This document shows, piece after piece, positions 8,800 through 16,464 of a DNA stretch of 33,481 nucleotides; position 1 is the first letter of the stretch; each line of letters opens with the position of its first letter. This DNA is from an uncultured Bacilli bacterium (GTDB taxonomy: Bacteria > Bacillota_I > Bacilli_A > ML615J-28 > CAG-313). Location of the stretch: positions 1 through 33,481 of the forward strand of contig CAJGCS010000001.1 in assembly GCA_904501965.1 (NCBI GenBank), read 5' to 3'. The notes under the pieces are model-generated. The model did no database searches. It was given only the letters and a program-made list of their open reading frames with translations, and was not told where the DNA came from. Position numbers and translations under genes: made by a program.

Positions 8800-9768
8800 A
8801 TGATTAGATTATTTACACTAGATGACTTAACAAGTGTTGTTAAGTTATGGAATGAAAATACAGTTTGTTATAAACCATTTACATCGGAAACATTTAAAAC
8901 ACATGTTTTAGAACATCCTGATTTTAAAAGTGATGGTGCATTTGTTTTAGAGGTTGATAACAAAATTATCGGTTTTGCAATAGGACTAATTAGAGAATAT
9001 GAAAAATTAGATGATACAAAACCTGGATATTTACCACTTTTACTAGTAGATAAAAATTATAGAAGAAATGGTTATGGGAAAATGCTCTTAAATCATGTTG
9101 AAGAATATATTAAGCTAAAAGGTAAAAATAAATTAAAAGTAAGCTATAGAAGCACACTTAATTTTCCTTGGTATATTCCAAATACTAATAAACATGACCA
9201 TGCAGGAGCACCAGGTGCATTTGTAAATAGTGATTTATACTTGTTCTTAATTAACAATGAATACTTAGTTGTTGATCATCAAGATGCATTTCATTTAGAT
9301 TTAGAAAAATATGAAATGCCTAAAAAAGTTAAAGAAAAATTAGAAAAAAATAAAGCTGATGGTTATGTAATTGAAACTTATGATGAAAATAGACATTTTG
9401 GTCTTGATGAGTTTTATGAAGATATTAACGATGAAGCATTTATTAGAGTTATTAAACAAAATCTTGCAAAAACTAAACCAAATCCGTTCTTGGTTGTTTC
9501 TAAAGATAACAAAGTCTATGGTTGGACAGGTGCAATGTATACTGAAGAATCAGGAAGAGCGCATTTTGATGGAATTGCAATTTCACCAAAGATAAGAGGA
9601 CTTGGACTTGGACAAGGATTATGGTGTTCTTTGGGTCTTTATTCAAAAGAACATGGCTCTAAATTTATGACATTTTTTACAGGTCGTACAAATCATGCGA
9701 GATATATATATTTAAAATCTGGATTTAAAATTATCCAAAGTTTTGCAATAATGGAAAAGGAGATATAA
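8800..9768 (+). CDS. two-domain GNAT-family N-acetyltransferase
   Basis: Two acetyl-CoA-binding Q/RxxGxG/A motifs are present: RRNGYGK in the N-terminal half and IRGLGLGQG in the C-terminal half. The ATG follows the previous stop immediately (TAAGATG). Confidence 0.75.
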   Translation: MIRLFTLDDLTSVVKLWNENTVCYKPFTSETFKTHVLEHPDFKSDGAFVLEVDNKIIGFAIGLIREYEKLDDTKPGYLPLLLVDKNYRRNGYGKMLLNHVEEYIKLKGKNKLKVSYRSTLNFPWYIPNTNKHDHAGAPGAFVNSDLYLFLINNEYLVVDHQDAFHLDLEKYEMPKKVKEKLEKNKADGYVIETYDENRHFGLDEFYEDINDEAFIRVIKQNLAKTKPNPFLVVSKDNKVYGWTGAMYTEESGRAHFDGIAISPKIRGLGLGQGLWCSLGLYSKEHGSKFMTFFTGRTNHARYIYLKSGFKIIQSFAIMEKEI

Positions 9769-9769
9769 T

Positions 9770-10456
9770 ATGGCAAAAACAATAATGGTAATCGGTGGAC
9801 ACATTGGCGATGCAGAATTAACTGCTGGTGCACTTATGGCAAGTAATGCAGTAGATGGCGGTAAAAATATTACCGTTGCATTAACTGCTGGTGAAAGAGG
9901 AAATCCTGCTCACTTAACACCACAAGAATATAGAGTACAAAAAATTCAAGAAGCAGAAAACTTTGCTAAGTTAGTTAATGGCGAAGCTGTTGTTTTAGAA
10001 TATTGCGATGGTGAACTTCCTAATGATGAAAAAGTTAGAAGAGAAGTAGCTGAATTAATTGTTAAATATAAACCAAATTTAATTATTACACATTGGCGTA
10101 GTAGAATGCATAAAGATCACGATAGAACACATTACATTGTTCAAGATGCACAATTTATGGCAGGTGTAGTTGGTAATAGCGAAGGAAAAAGACATTATGC
10201 TCCAATTTACTTTGCAGAAAACTGGGAAGATGATCATGATTTTGAACCATATATTTATGTTGATGTTACAAAAGGATTTGATCTTTGGTGCAAAGCTCTT
10301 CATGAACATTGGTTTGTAATGAATAGTAAAGATTTCAAATATTATGATTATTATACATCTTTAGCAAGATGCAGAGGTGCTTTATGTAAGAAACAATATG
10401 CAGAATGTTTTAACATCCTTCCGCACCAAAAGAAGGTAATTAAAGATGAACTATAA
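9770..10456 (+). CDS. PIG-L/LmbE-family N-acetylglucosaminyl deacetylase
   Basis: The N-terminus VIGGHIGDAELTAG is a variant of the (A/P)HPDDxE zinc motif. HKDHDRTH supplies the HxxH zinc ligand block. The 228-aa size is typical of the family. Confidence 0.75.
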   Translation: MAKTIMVIGGHIGDAELTAGALMASNAVDGGKNITVALTAGERGNPAHLTPQEYRVQKIQEAENFAKLVNGEAVVLEYCDGELPNDEKVRREVAELIVKYKPNLIITHWRSRMHKDHDRTHYIVQDAQFMAGVVGNSEGKRHYAPIYFAENWEDDHDFEPYIYVDVTKGFDLWCKALHEHWFVMNSKDFKYYDYYTSLARCRGALCKKQYAECFNILPHQKKVIKDEL

Positions 10457-13025
10457 AATAAAAACACTAAAAGGCTTAATTATTTCTTTATCTATAATTT
10501 TAGTGTTTGTATTATCAACATTTGGAGTTGCATTTGCAGAAACTCAATATGTTAAAATATATGATAAAGAAGGTAATACAATTAAACACTATGGAACATA
10601 TAAAGAAGTTGAAATGCCTAGAAATTATTTAACTGCTGAATATGAAATGCGTGGTGTTTGGGTTGCAACTGTATATAACATTGCAATTAGTAAACAAGAA
10701 GGAACTACTCCTGCAGCTATTGAAAAGTATAAACAAGAATTTATCTCTATTTTAGATAGAATGGAAGAGTATAATATGAATACATTATACTTCCAAGTAA
10801 GACCTTCTAATGATGCATTCTATGAATCAGAACTTAATCCATGGAGTCAGTTCTTAGCCGGAGCAGGTGTAAATCCAGGATGGGATCCGCTTGAATGGAT
10901 GGTTACAGAAACTCATAAAAGAGGTTTTGTTTTCCAATGTTGGATGAATGCATTTAGAGTTACTGTTTATAGCGTTTTACCAGGAGAAGATAGTTTAGCT
11001 TCTGAATATACAAATAGTGAATTAATTGCATTCAAAAAAAATGCAATTGCTAAACTTGATGAAGGCAACTTTGCAAGAATTAATCCTGATTGCGTAGTAA
11101 TGGGTGAATCAGACACAAGATTAATTCTTAACCCAAGTGATCCAAGAGTTCAAGAATTTTTAGTCGCAACATGTAAAGAAATTATTGAAAATTATGATGT
11201 TGATGGCTTCCACTTTGATGACTATTTCTATTTATCAGGTGGCGGTGCTGCAAATAACTATAATGGTAACTTTGCAGGTGGCAAAAACTATGATGCAAGT
11301 TTAGTAGGTGAAAATACTTTAAATGACTTACCTTGCTATGAAGCTTATAAACAAGGTAAAGCTGAATATGCTCATTTAGAAAAAGGACTTAATCTTGGTG
11401 ATTTTAGACGTGCAAGTTTAAACCATATGATCAAATCAATTAGATTAATGGTTGATAAATATAATGAAGAACATAATGATGTAGTAGAATTTGGTGCAAA
11501 ACCAGCAGCTGTTTGGCGCAGTAATATTGAATATTGCCGTGAAAACGAATATCGTTGTGTAGAAAACGGTTCTAACACTCATGCTTCTGCATATAGTTCA
11601 TATAATGACTTATATGCTGATACTCTAACTTGGGTAAAAGAAGGTTGGGTAGATTATATGGCACCACAAGTTTATTATGGATTCTCAAGTACAGAAGCTC
11701 CATATGCAGATATCGTTATGTGGTGGGCAGAACAAATTGAACAAGTTAATGCTCAAAGAAGACTTGAAGGTAAAAAAGATATTAAACTTTATATTGCTCA
11801 TGGTATCTATAAATATAGAGATGACAAAAAACAATTTGCTCTTGCAAGTGAAGTGAAGAACCAATTATACTATAATCAAAAGTTTGACTCAATTGTAGGT
11901 TCTGCATTCTATTCATATGAAAACTTATATAAGTTTGTTGACAAAACTCATGAAAATGGTATGAAACTTGTTAAACAAACATGGTCTGAAAAAGTTATCC
12001 CAATTCCTGTTGGTGAAAATGATGCAAAAGGATTAATGGTAGAAGACATCAAAATTCGTAATGCTGTTGGATCTACATCATATTCATTAACATTTGATTT
12101 ATTAGAAAATGCTAATGTATATGCAGTATACAAAGTTAAAAAAGGTGAAACTCTTGACACAAGTGATGTTACAACACGTTCTATTGTTGAATTTGAAGGT
12201 TATCAAGAAAATAAGAGTTTAAGTATTAGTATTGATGATTATGATCCTGAGTATGATTATTACTTTACAGTATTCTCAAAAAGATATCACATGTCAGATG
12301 AGTTTATTAAACTTGACTTTAATTCATCAGTTGAATATACTCCATTAACTGTCCAAGATTCAATTAAACTTGAAAATGCATATTCACCTTCAACAAATGT
12401 TTCTTTCTCACTTGAATCAAAATATGAAGAAGCAAGAACACTTAATTATTCAGTATATGTTGAATATGATGGTGACGAAAGATTAATAGCATCTGGTATT
12501 GTTTTAAATGATGTTATAAATGTTTCATGGAAATCTTGGCCATTTGCATCAATGGAAAATAGAATTAAAGTTGTATATTCTGATGGCGTATTAACTGAAA
12601 CAGTTTATTCAAATTATTTTGATGTTGCCAATGTATTTAATATTACATATGATTTAAATGGAGTAGAAGCTACGCTTGATGCACCAAATGTCTATGTTGA
12701 AGGTAAAGGAATAGAAACTCTTCCAACTCCTACAGAGATTGTTCAAGTAGAAGGAAAGAAAATTACATTTGATGGTTGGTTAAATGAGGCTGGTCAAAAA
12801 GTTACTTCAATTGGTATTTATCAAACTGGCAATGTAAAACTTAAAGCTAACTGGATTATTGAAACAGTTGAAAATCCTAATCCAGAACCACAACCAAATC
12901 CACAACCAAATCCAAACCCACAACCAAATGGTGGATGCTCTTGCTCAAGTACAAGTGCTTCAGTTATTGTTTCTACACTTACTGCACTTTCTCTTGCGGT
13001 TTTGGTATTAAGAAAAAATAAATAA
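10446..13025 (+). CDS. secreted GHL10 (ex-DUF187, YngK-like) glycosidase-like protein A with beta-sandwich domains, a Listeria-Bacteroides (Flg_new) repeat, a Pro-rich linker and a GCSC C-terminal anchor
   Basis: Signal peptide ...FGVAFA/ETQ. GHL10 blocks are RGVWVATVYNI, FQVRPSNDAFYES..NPWS, PGWDPLEWM, DGFHFDDYFY and WVDYMAPQVYY. The Flg_new repeat ITYDLNG...ITFDGWLN...GNVKLKANW lies at about 12640-12855. The tail is PNPEPQPNPQPNPNPQPNGGCSCSS + TM + RKNK. The start overlaps the PIG-L gene by 11 nt. Confidence 0.85.
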   Translation: MNYKIKTLKGLIISLSIILVFVLSTFGVAFAETQYVKIYDKEGNTIKHYGTYKEVEMPRNYLTAEYEMRGVWVATVYNIAISKQEGTTPAAIEKYKQEFISILDRMEEYNMNTLYFQVRPSNDAFYESELNPWSQFLAGAGVNPGWDPLEWMVTETHKRGFVFQCWMNAFRVTVYSVLPGEDSLASEYTNSELIAFKKNAIAKLDEGNFARINPDCVVMGESDTRLILNPSDPRVQEFLVATCKEIIENYDVDGFHFDDYFYLSGGGAANNYNGNFAGGKNYDASLVGENTLNDLPCYEAYKQGKAEYAHLEKGLNLGDFRRASLNHMIKSIRLMVDKYNEEHNDVVEFGAKPAAVWRSNIEYCRENEYRCVENGSNTHASAYSSYNDLYADTLTWVKEGWVDYMAPQVYYGFSSTEAPYADIVMWWAEQIEQVNAQRRLEGKKDIKLYIAHGIYKYRDDKKQFALASEVKNQLYYNQKFDSIVGSAFYSYENLYKFVDKTHENGMKLVKQTWSEKVIPIPVGENDAKGLMVEDIKIRNAVGSTSYSLTFDLLENANVYAVYKVKKGETLDTSDVTTRSIVEFEGYQENKSLSISIDDYDPEYDYYFTVFSKRYHMSDEFIKLDFNSSVEYTPLTVQDSIKLENAYSPSTNVSFSLESKYEEARTLNYSVYVEYDGDERLIASGIVLNDVINVSWKSWPFASMENRIKVVYSDGVLTETVYSNYFDVANVFNITYDLNGVEATLDAPNVYVEGKGIETLPTPTEIVQVEGKKITFDGWLNEAGQKVTSIGIYQTGNVKLKANWIIETVENPNPEPQPNPQPNPNPQPNGGCSCSSTSASVIVSTLTALSLAVLVLRKNK
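12930..13022 (+). other. C-terminal sorting-signal-like module (GGCSCSS motif, 20-aa TM helix, RKNK tail)
   Basis: The translated tail is GGCSCSSTSASVIVSTLTALSLAVLVLRKNK, preceded by a (PNPQ)n linker. The architecture is tripartite, like sortase, exosortase or myxosortase substrates. A second copy sits at 16363..16458. Confidence 0.6.
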
Positions 13026-13032
13026 TAAATTA

Positions 13033-13068
13033 AAAGGCTAAGGTAGTTGTACCTTAGTCTTTATTTTT
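13033..13068 (+). terminator. rho-independent terminator
   Basis: AAAGGCTAAGGTA (13033-13045), loop GTTG, then TACCTTAGTCTTT (13050-13062). The ~13-bp stem includes one G-U pair and is followed by ATTTTT. Confidence 0.8.
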
Positions 13069-13078
13069 GGTAAAACTA

Positions 13079-13107
13079 TTGAAAAAAAATATAGTTTATA
13101 ATATAAT
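13079..13107 (+). promoter_or_regulatory. near-consensus sigma-A promoter
   Basis: TTGAAA (13079-13084), an exact 17-nt spacer, then TATAAT (13102-13107). An AAGGAG RBS precedes the ATG at 13140. Confidence 0.7.
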
Positions 13108-13139
13108 ATAATAAGAGTACTTTCTAAGGAGATATAAAA

Positions 13140-14039
13140 ATGAACAAAATATATGATACACATAGCGATATTTTTCATAATCTTTTTACAAGAAAAGATG
13201 AGGGATGCATAGATCCTTTTGAAAAATATCACTTAGAAAACTTAACAAAAGGAAATATCCAAGGTGGAATTTGGGTAGTTTACGGAGATAAAGATTTTGA
13301 TGTTTATCCTGCATATAAAAAAGCATTAGATGCTTTTGAACCTTATAAAGATAAATATGATGTTATCTATGGATTAGAAGGTTTAAGAAATGTGCATACA
13401 CTTGAAGATTTAAAGAAAATGTATAATTTAGGAATAAGACATGCTAGTCTTACTTGGAACGAGGAAAATCATTTAGCAACTGGTGTTGCAGGTCCTGCCG
13501 AAAGAGGATTAACTGATCTAGGAAAAGAATTTTTAGATTTCATGCAAGAAAATAAAATGATTATTGACGTTTCTCATTTAAATATAAAAAGTTTTTACGA
13601 TGTTTGTGAATATGTAAAAACACCAATTATTGCAAGTCATTCTAATGCATATACACTTTGTAATCATAGAAGAAATTTAAATGACGATCAATTACGAGTG
13701 CTAAAAGAAAAAGGCGGATATGTTGGGGTTGTTTCTGCAAGAAATTTTGTATCACCACAAAATGATAGAAAAACTGTAGCAGGACTTGTAGATCATATTG
13801 AATACATTGCCAATATTATCGGAATCGACCATGTAATGCTTGGCCTTGATATGATGGATTATTTAGATGATTTTAATGATCATAATTCAAACCTTGATGA
13901 TTTAGTAACACATGCCGATGCAAATAATGTTGTTACAGAAATGAGAAAACGAGGCTTTAAAGAAGAAGATATAAATAAAGTAACACATGAAAATTATTTT
14001 GAATTATTAAAGAAAGTAGGAGTTAAAAATGAAAAATAA
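13140..14039 (+). CDS. M19-family (renal-dipeptidase-like) dipeptidase, cytoplasmic
   Basis: N-terminal metal motif DTHSD, plus LTWNEENHLATG, IIDVSHLN and ASHSNA, which are the characteristic M19 amidohydrolase-fold blocks. No signal peptide is present. Confidence 0.8.
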   Translation: MNKIYDTHSDIFHNLFTRKDEGCIDPFEKYHLENLTKGNIQGGIWVVYGDKDFDVYPAYKKALDAFEPYKDKYDVIYGLEGLRNVHTLEDLKKMYNLGIRHASLTWNEENHLATGVAGPAERGLTDLGKEFLDFMQENKMIIDVSHLNIKSFYDVCEYVKTPIIASHSNAYTLCNHRRNLNDDQLRVLKEKGGYVGVVSARNFVSPQNDRKTVAGLVDHIEYIANIIGIDHVMLGLDMMDYLDDFNDHNSNLDDLVTHADANNVVTEMRKRGFKEEDINKVTHENYFELLKKVGVKNEK

Positions 14040-16461
14040 AATTATTAAAATACTATTATTTTTAGTACTTGGTGCTTTAATAACATTTGGATCTTATCAA
14101 AGTGCTAAGGCATGGAATGGTATTGCAACGCTTAAACCTTATACACCTGAGATGGTTGAAATGCGTGCAGTATGGGTTGCAACTGTTTCAAACATTGATT
14201 TTAGAAAACAAGATGGAACAAGCGAAGCTGCAATTAATGATTGGAAAGCTAGATATATAAAAGTTTTAGATAATGCACAAGAAAAAAATCTAAATACAAT
14301 TATTTTCCAAATTAGACCAAATAATGATGCATTCTATCCTTCTAGATATAATCCATGGAGTGAATATTTAGTTGGATATGGTGTTGATCCAGGATGGGAT
14401 CCTCTTGAATGGATGCTTGAAGTTACTCATGAACGTGGTATGGAATTCCATGCATGGCTTAATCCTTATCGTACTTCAACAGCTCATTTAACATTTGACT
14501 TTAAACAAAATGTTGCGGGGACAAATGGTGATTGTATTGTTGATTATGATGAAAAAGCACTTGATACATATAAAGAAACTTTCTTTGGTTCTTTAAAAAC
14601 AAAAGCTGAAGTAAATGGAAAAACTTATGATAATCCAATCTTTGGCGAAGACTTATTACATGATGTTGTACTTGGTGCTGAAGATAAATTTGTATTAAAT
14701 CCTGCATCTGAAAATGTATTAGATCATTTAAACAACACAATTACTGAAATTATTGAAAATTATGATGTTGATGGTATTCATTTTGATGACTACTTCTATC
14801 CAAACGATACAGTTTATAAAGGTGACAAAGCTGAACTAAAAGGCTATACTTTCTCAACAGAACCATATCGTGATATGGAAGATTATAAAGCTTACAAAGA
14901 AAAAGGTGGAAATTTATCAATTTATAATTGGCGCCGTGAAAATATTGATACATTAATTAAAAATTTAAGTGATATCATTCGTGATTTAAATAAAACAAAA
15001 GAAGTTAAATGTTCATTCGGCGTAAGCCCTTGTGCTAGATGGGCACCTAATGAAACTTGTACAGCTTTTGAACGTGGTGCTGAAGGCGGTATGGGCAATG
15101 ACTGTAATAACTATTATGCATATTCTGACCTTTTTGCTGATACAAGAAAATGGGCATTAGAAGAATGGATCGATTATATTGTTCCTCAATGTTATACAAA
15201 TCTTGATAGCGCATATGCAGATATCGTATCTTGGTGGAGTAAAACATTAAAAGATTCAAATACAAAACTATACATTGGCCAAGGTATTTATCAAATACCT
15301 ACTTGGAAAGATAAACTAGAAATGCTTTATCAAGTAAGATATAACCAAAGTTTCGGATATCGTGTAGATGGATATTATTTCTATAACTACACATCAGTTA
15401 TATCTGGCGATGGCGAAAAAGCAATGAATACATTATCAAATGGTATTTGGAAAAGAAATTCGCTAACTCCTACATATGCTGCTTATGAATATTCATCAGA
15501 AGTAAAAGGAAATATAGAAATTACCGATATTATTGAAACTGCAAATGATACTTTAATAATTAATTTTAAAGGCGTTGAAGGTGCTAAGGCATATATGTTA
15601 GTTGAATATGATGGAAATGTTGCGAACCTAGATTTATCTGGCAAAAAATATGTTAACTTAGTATATGGTTCTAATTTACAAATTGAATTTACTCCAGCTG
15701 AAGGAAAAGAATATGTTTTAGTTCCTATTGCAAAAGATAATTCAGTTAAAGAAAATTATACAAAAGTTGATTTAAATATGGTAATTAAAAATAATATCCC
15801 AGAAGTTACTCTTGAAGAAATTCCTTCAGAAGTACTAGCAAAAACTTCAATTGATGTTATTGCTAAGATTAAGGATACTGATAACACTGTATTTGATTAT
15901 GAAGTATTACTTGCGGTAGACTCTGATGAATTTACAAAAGTTGCATCAGGACAAGTTGAAGGTGATACAATAGTTTATACTTGGAAAACATATGTTATTG
16001 CACAGGAAAATATCAGATTTAAAGTAATTGTAAATGATGGAAAAGATAAAGCAGAAGCAATTAGTAATAGTTTCTCAGTTGTTGAAAAAGCTGCACCAGT
16101 AATTTGGAATATTACATATAATTTAGATGGTGGTACAATTACAAATGCTCCAACAACATATGAACAAGGAACTACAACTGCTCTTGTAAATCCGACTAAA
16201 GAAGGATATGAATTTACTGGTTGGTTATTAAATGGCGAGAAAGTAACTAGTATAAATAGCAATCAAACAGGAAATGTTACTCTTCTTGCAACATGGAAAG
16301 AAATAATTAAAGAAGAACCTGTTAATCCAAACCCACAACCACAACCAGGACAAAATGAAAATAAAGGATGTTCATGTGCAAGCTCTAGTGCAGAAATTGT
16401 TGTTTCTACACTTACTGCTGTTTCACTTGCAATTTTAATTTTAAGAAAAAACAGAGGTTAA
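14029..16461 (+). CDS. secreted GHL10 glycosidase-like protein B with the same Flg_new repeat, Pro-rich linker and GCSC C-terminal anchor
   Basis: Signal peptide ...YQSAKA/WNG. GHL10 blocks are RAVWVATVSNIDF, FQIRPNNDAFYPS..NPWS, PGWDPLEWM, HAWLNPYR, DGIHFDDYFYP and WIDYIVPQCY. The Flg_new repeat ITYNLDGG...GYEFTGWLLNG...GNVTLLATW lies at about 16110-16296. The tail is NPNPQPQPGQNENKGCSCASSSAEIVVSTLTAVSLAILILRKNRG. The start overlaps the dipeptidase gene by 11 nt and has an AGGAG RBS. Confidence 0.85.
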   Translation: MKNKIIKILLFLVLGALITFGSYQSAKAWNGIATLKPYTPEMVEMRAVWVATVSNIDFRKQDGTSEAAINDWKARYIKVLDNAQEKNLNTIIFQIRPNNDAFYPSRYNPWSEYLVGYGVDPGWDPLEWMLEVTHERGMEFHAWLNPYRTSTAHLTFDFKQNVAGTNGDCIVDYDEKALDTYKETFFGSLKTKAEVNGKTYDNPIFGEDLLHDVVLGAEDKFVLNPASENVLDHLNNTITEIIENYDVDGIHFDDYFYPNDTVYKGDKAELKGYTFSTEPYRDMEDYKAYKEKGGNLSIYNWRRENIDTLIKNLSDIIRDLNKTKEVKCSFGVSPCARWAPNETCTAFERGAEGGMGNDCNNYYAYSDLFADTRKWALEEWIDYIVPQCYTNLDSAYADIVSWWSKTLKDSNTKLYIGQGIYQIPTWKDKLEMLYQVRYNQSFGYRVDGYYFYNYTSVISGDGEKAMNTLSNGIWKRNSLTPTYAAYEYSSEVKGNIEITDIIETANDTLIINFKGVEGAKAYMLVEYDGNVANLDLSGKKYVNLVYGSNLQIEFTPAEGKEYVLVPIAKDNSVKENYTKVDLNMVIKNNIPEVTLEEIPSEVLAKTSIDVIAKIKDTDNTVFDYEVLLAVDSDEFTKVASGQVEGDTIVYTWKTYVIAQENIRFKVIVNDGKDKAEAISNSFSVVEKAAPVIWNITYNLDGGTITNAPTTYEQGTTTALVNPTKEGYEFTGWLLNGEKVTSINSNQTGNVTLLATWKEIIKEEPVNPNPQPQPGQNENKGCSCASSSAEIVVSTLTAVSLAILILRKNRG
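16363..16458 (+). other. second copy of the GCSC + TM + basic-tail C-terminal sorting-signal-like module
   Basis: The tail is KGCSCASSSAEIVVSTLTAVSLAILILRKNRG. It aligns position-for-position with 12930..13022: G-C-S-C-x-S-[ST]-S-A-x-[IV]-[IV]-V-S-T-L-T-A-[LV]-S-L-A-[VI]-L-[VI]-L-R-K-N. Confidence 0.6.
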
Positions 16462-16464
16462 AAA

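Noticed and set aside
10442-10453. The PIG-L deacetylase ends in KDEL, the eukaryotic ER-retention signal.
   Set aside because: No such retrieval system exists in bacteria. It is a four-residue coincidence within the 11-nt overlap with the next gene.
12878-12919. A 12-nt tandem repeat, CCACAACCAAAT: two adjacent copies plus a third after a 6-nt spacer. It could in principle act as a slippage or phase-variation tract.
   Set aside because: The unit length is a multiple of 3, so slippage would only change the length of the Pro-rich linker. It is better explained as ordinary low-complexity linker coding.
13038-13232. A 64-aa minus-strand ORF across the 13033-13139 intergenic region.
   Set aside because: It covers a terminator and a consensus promoter of the + strand, and the translation is low-complexity.
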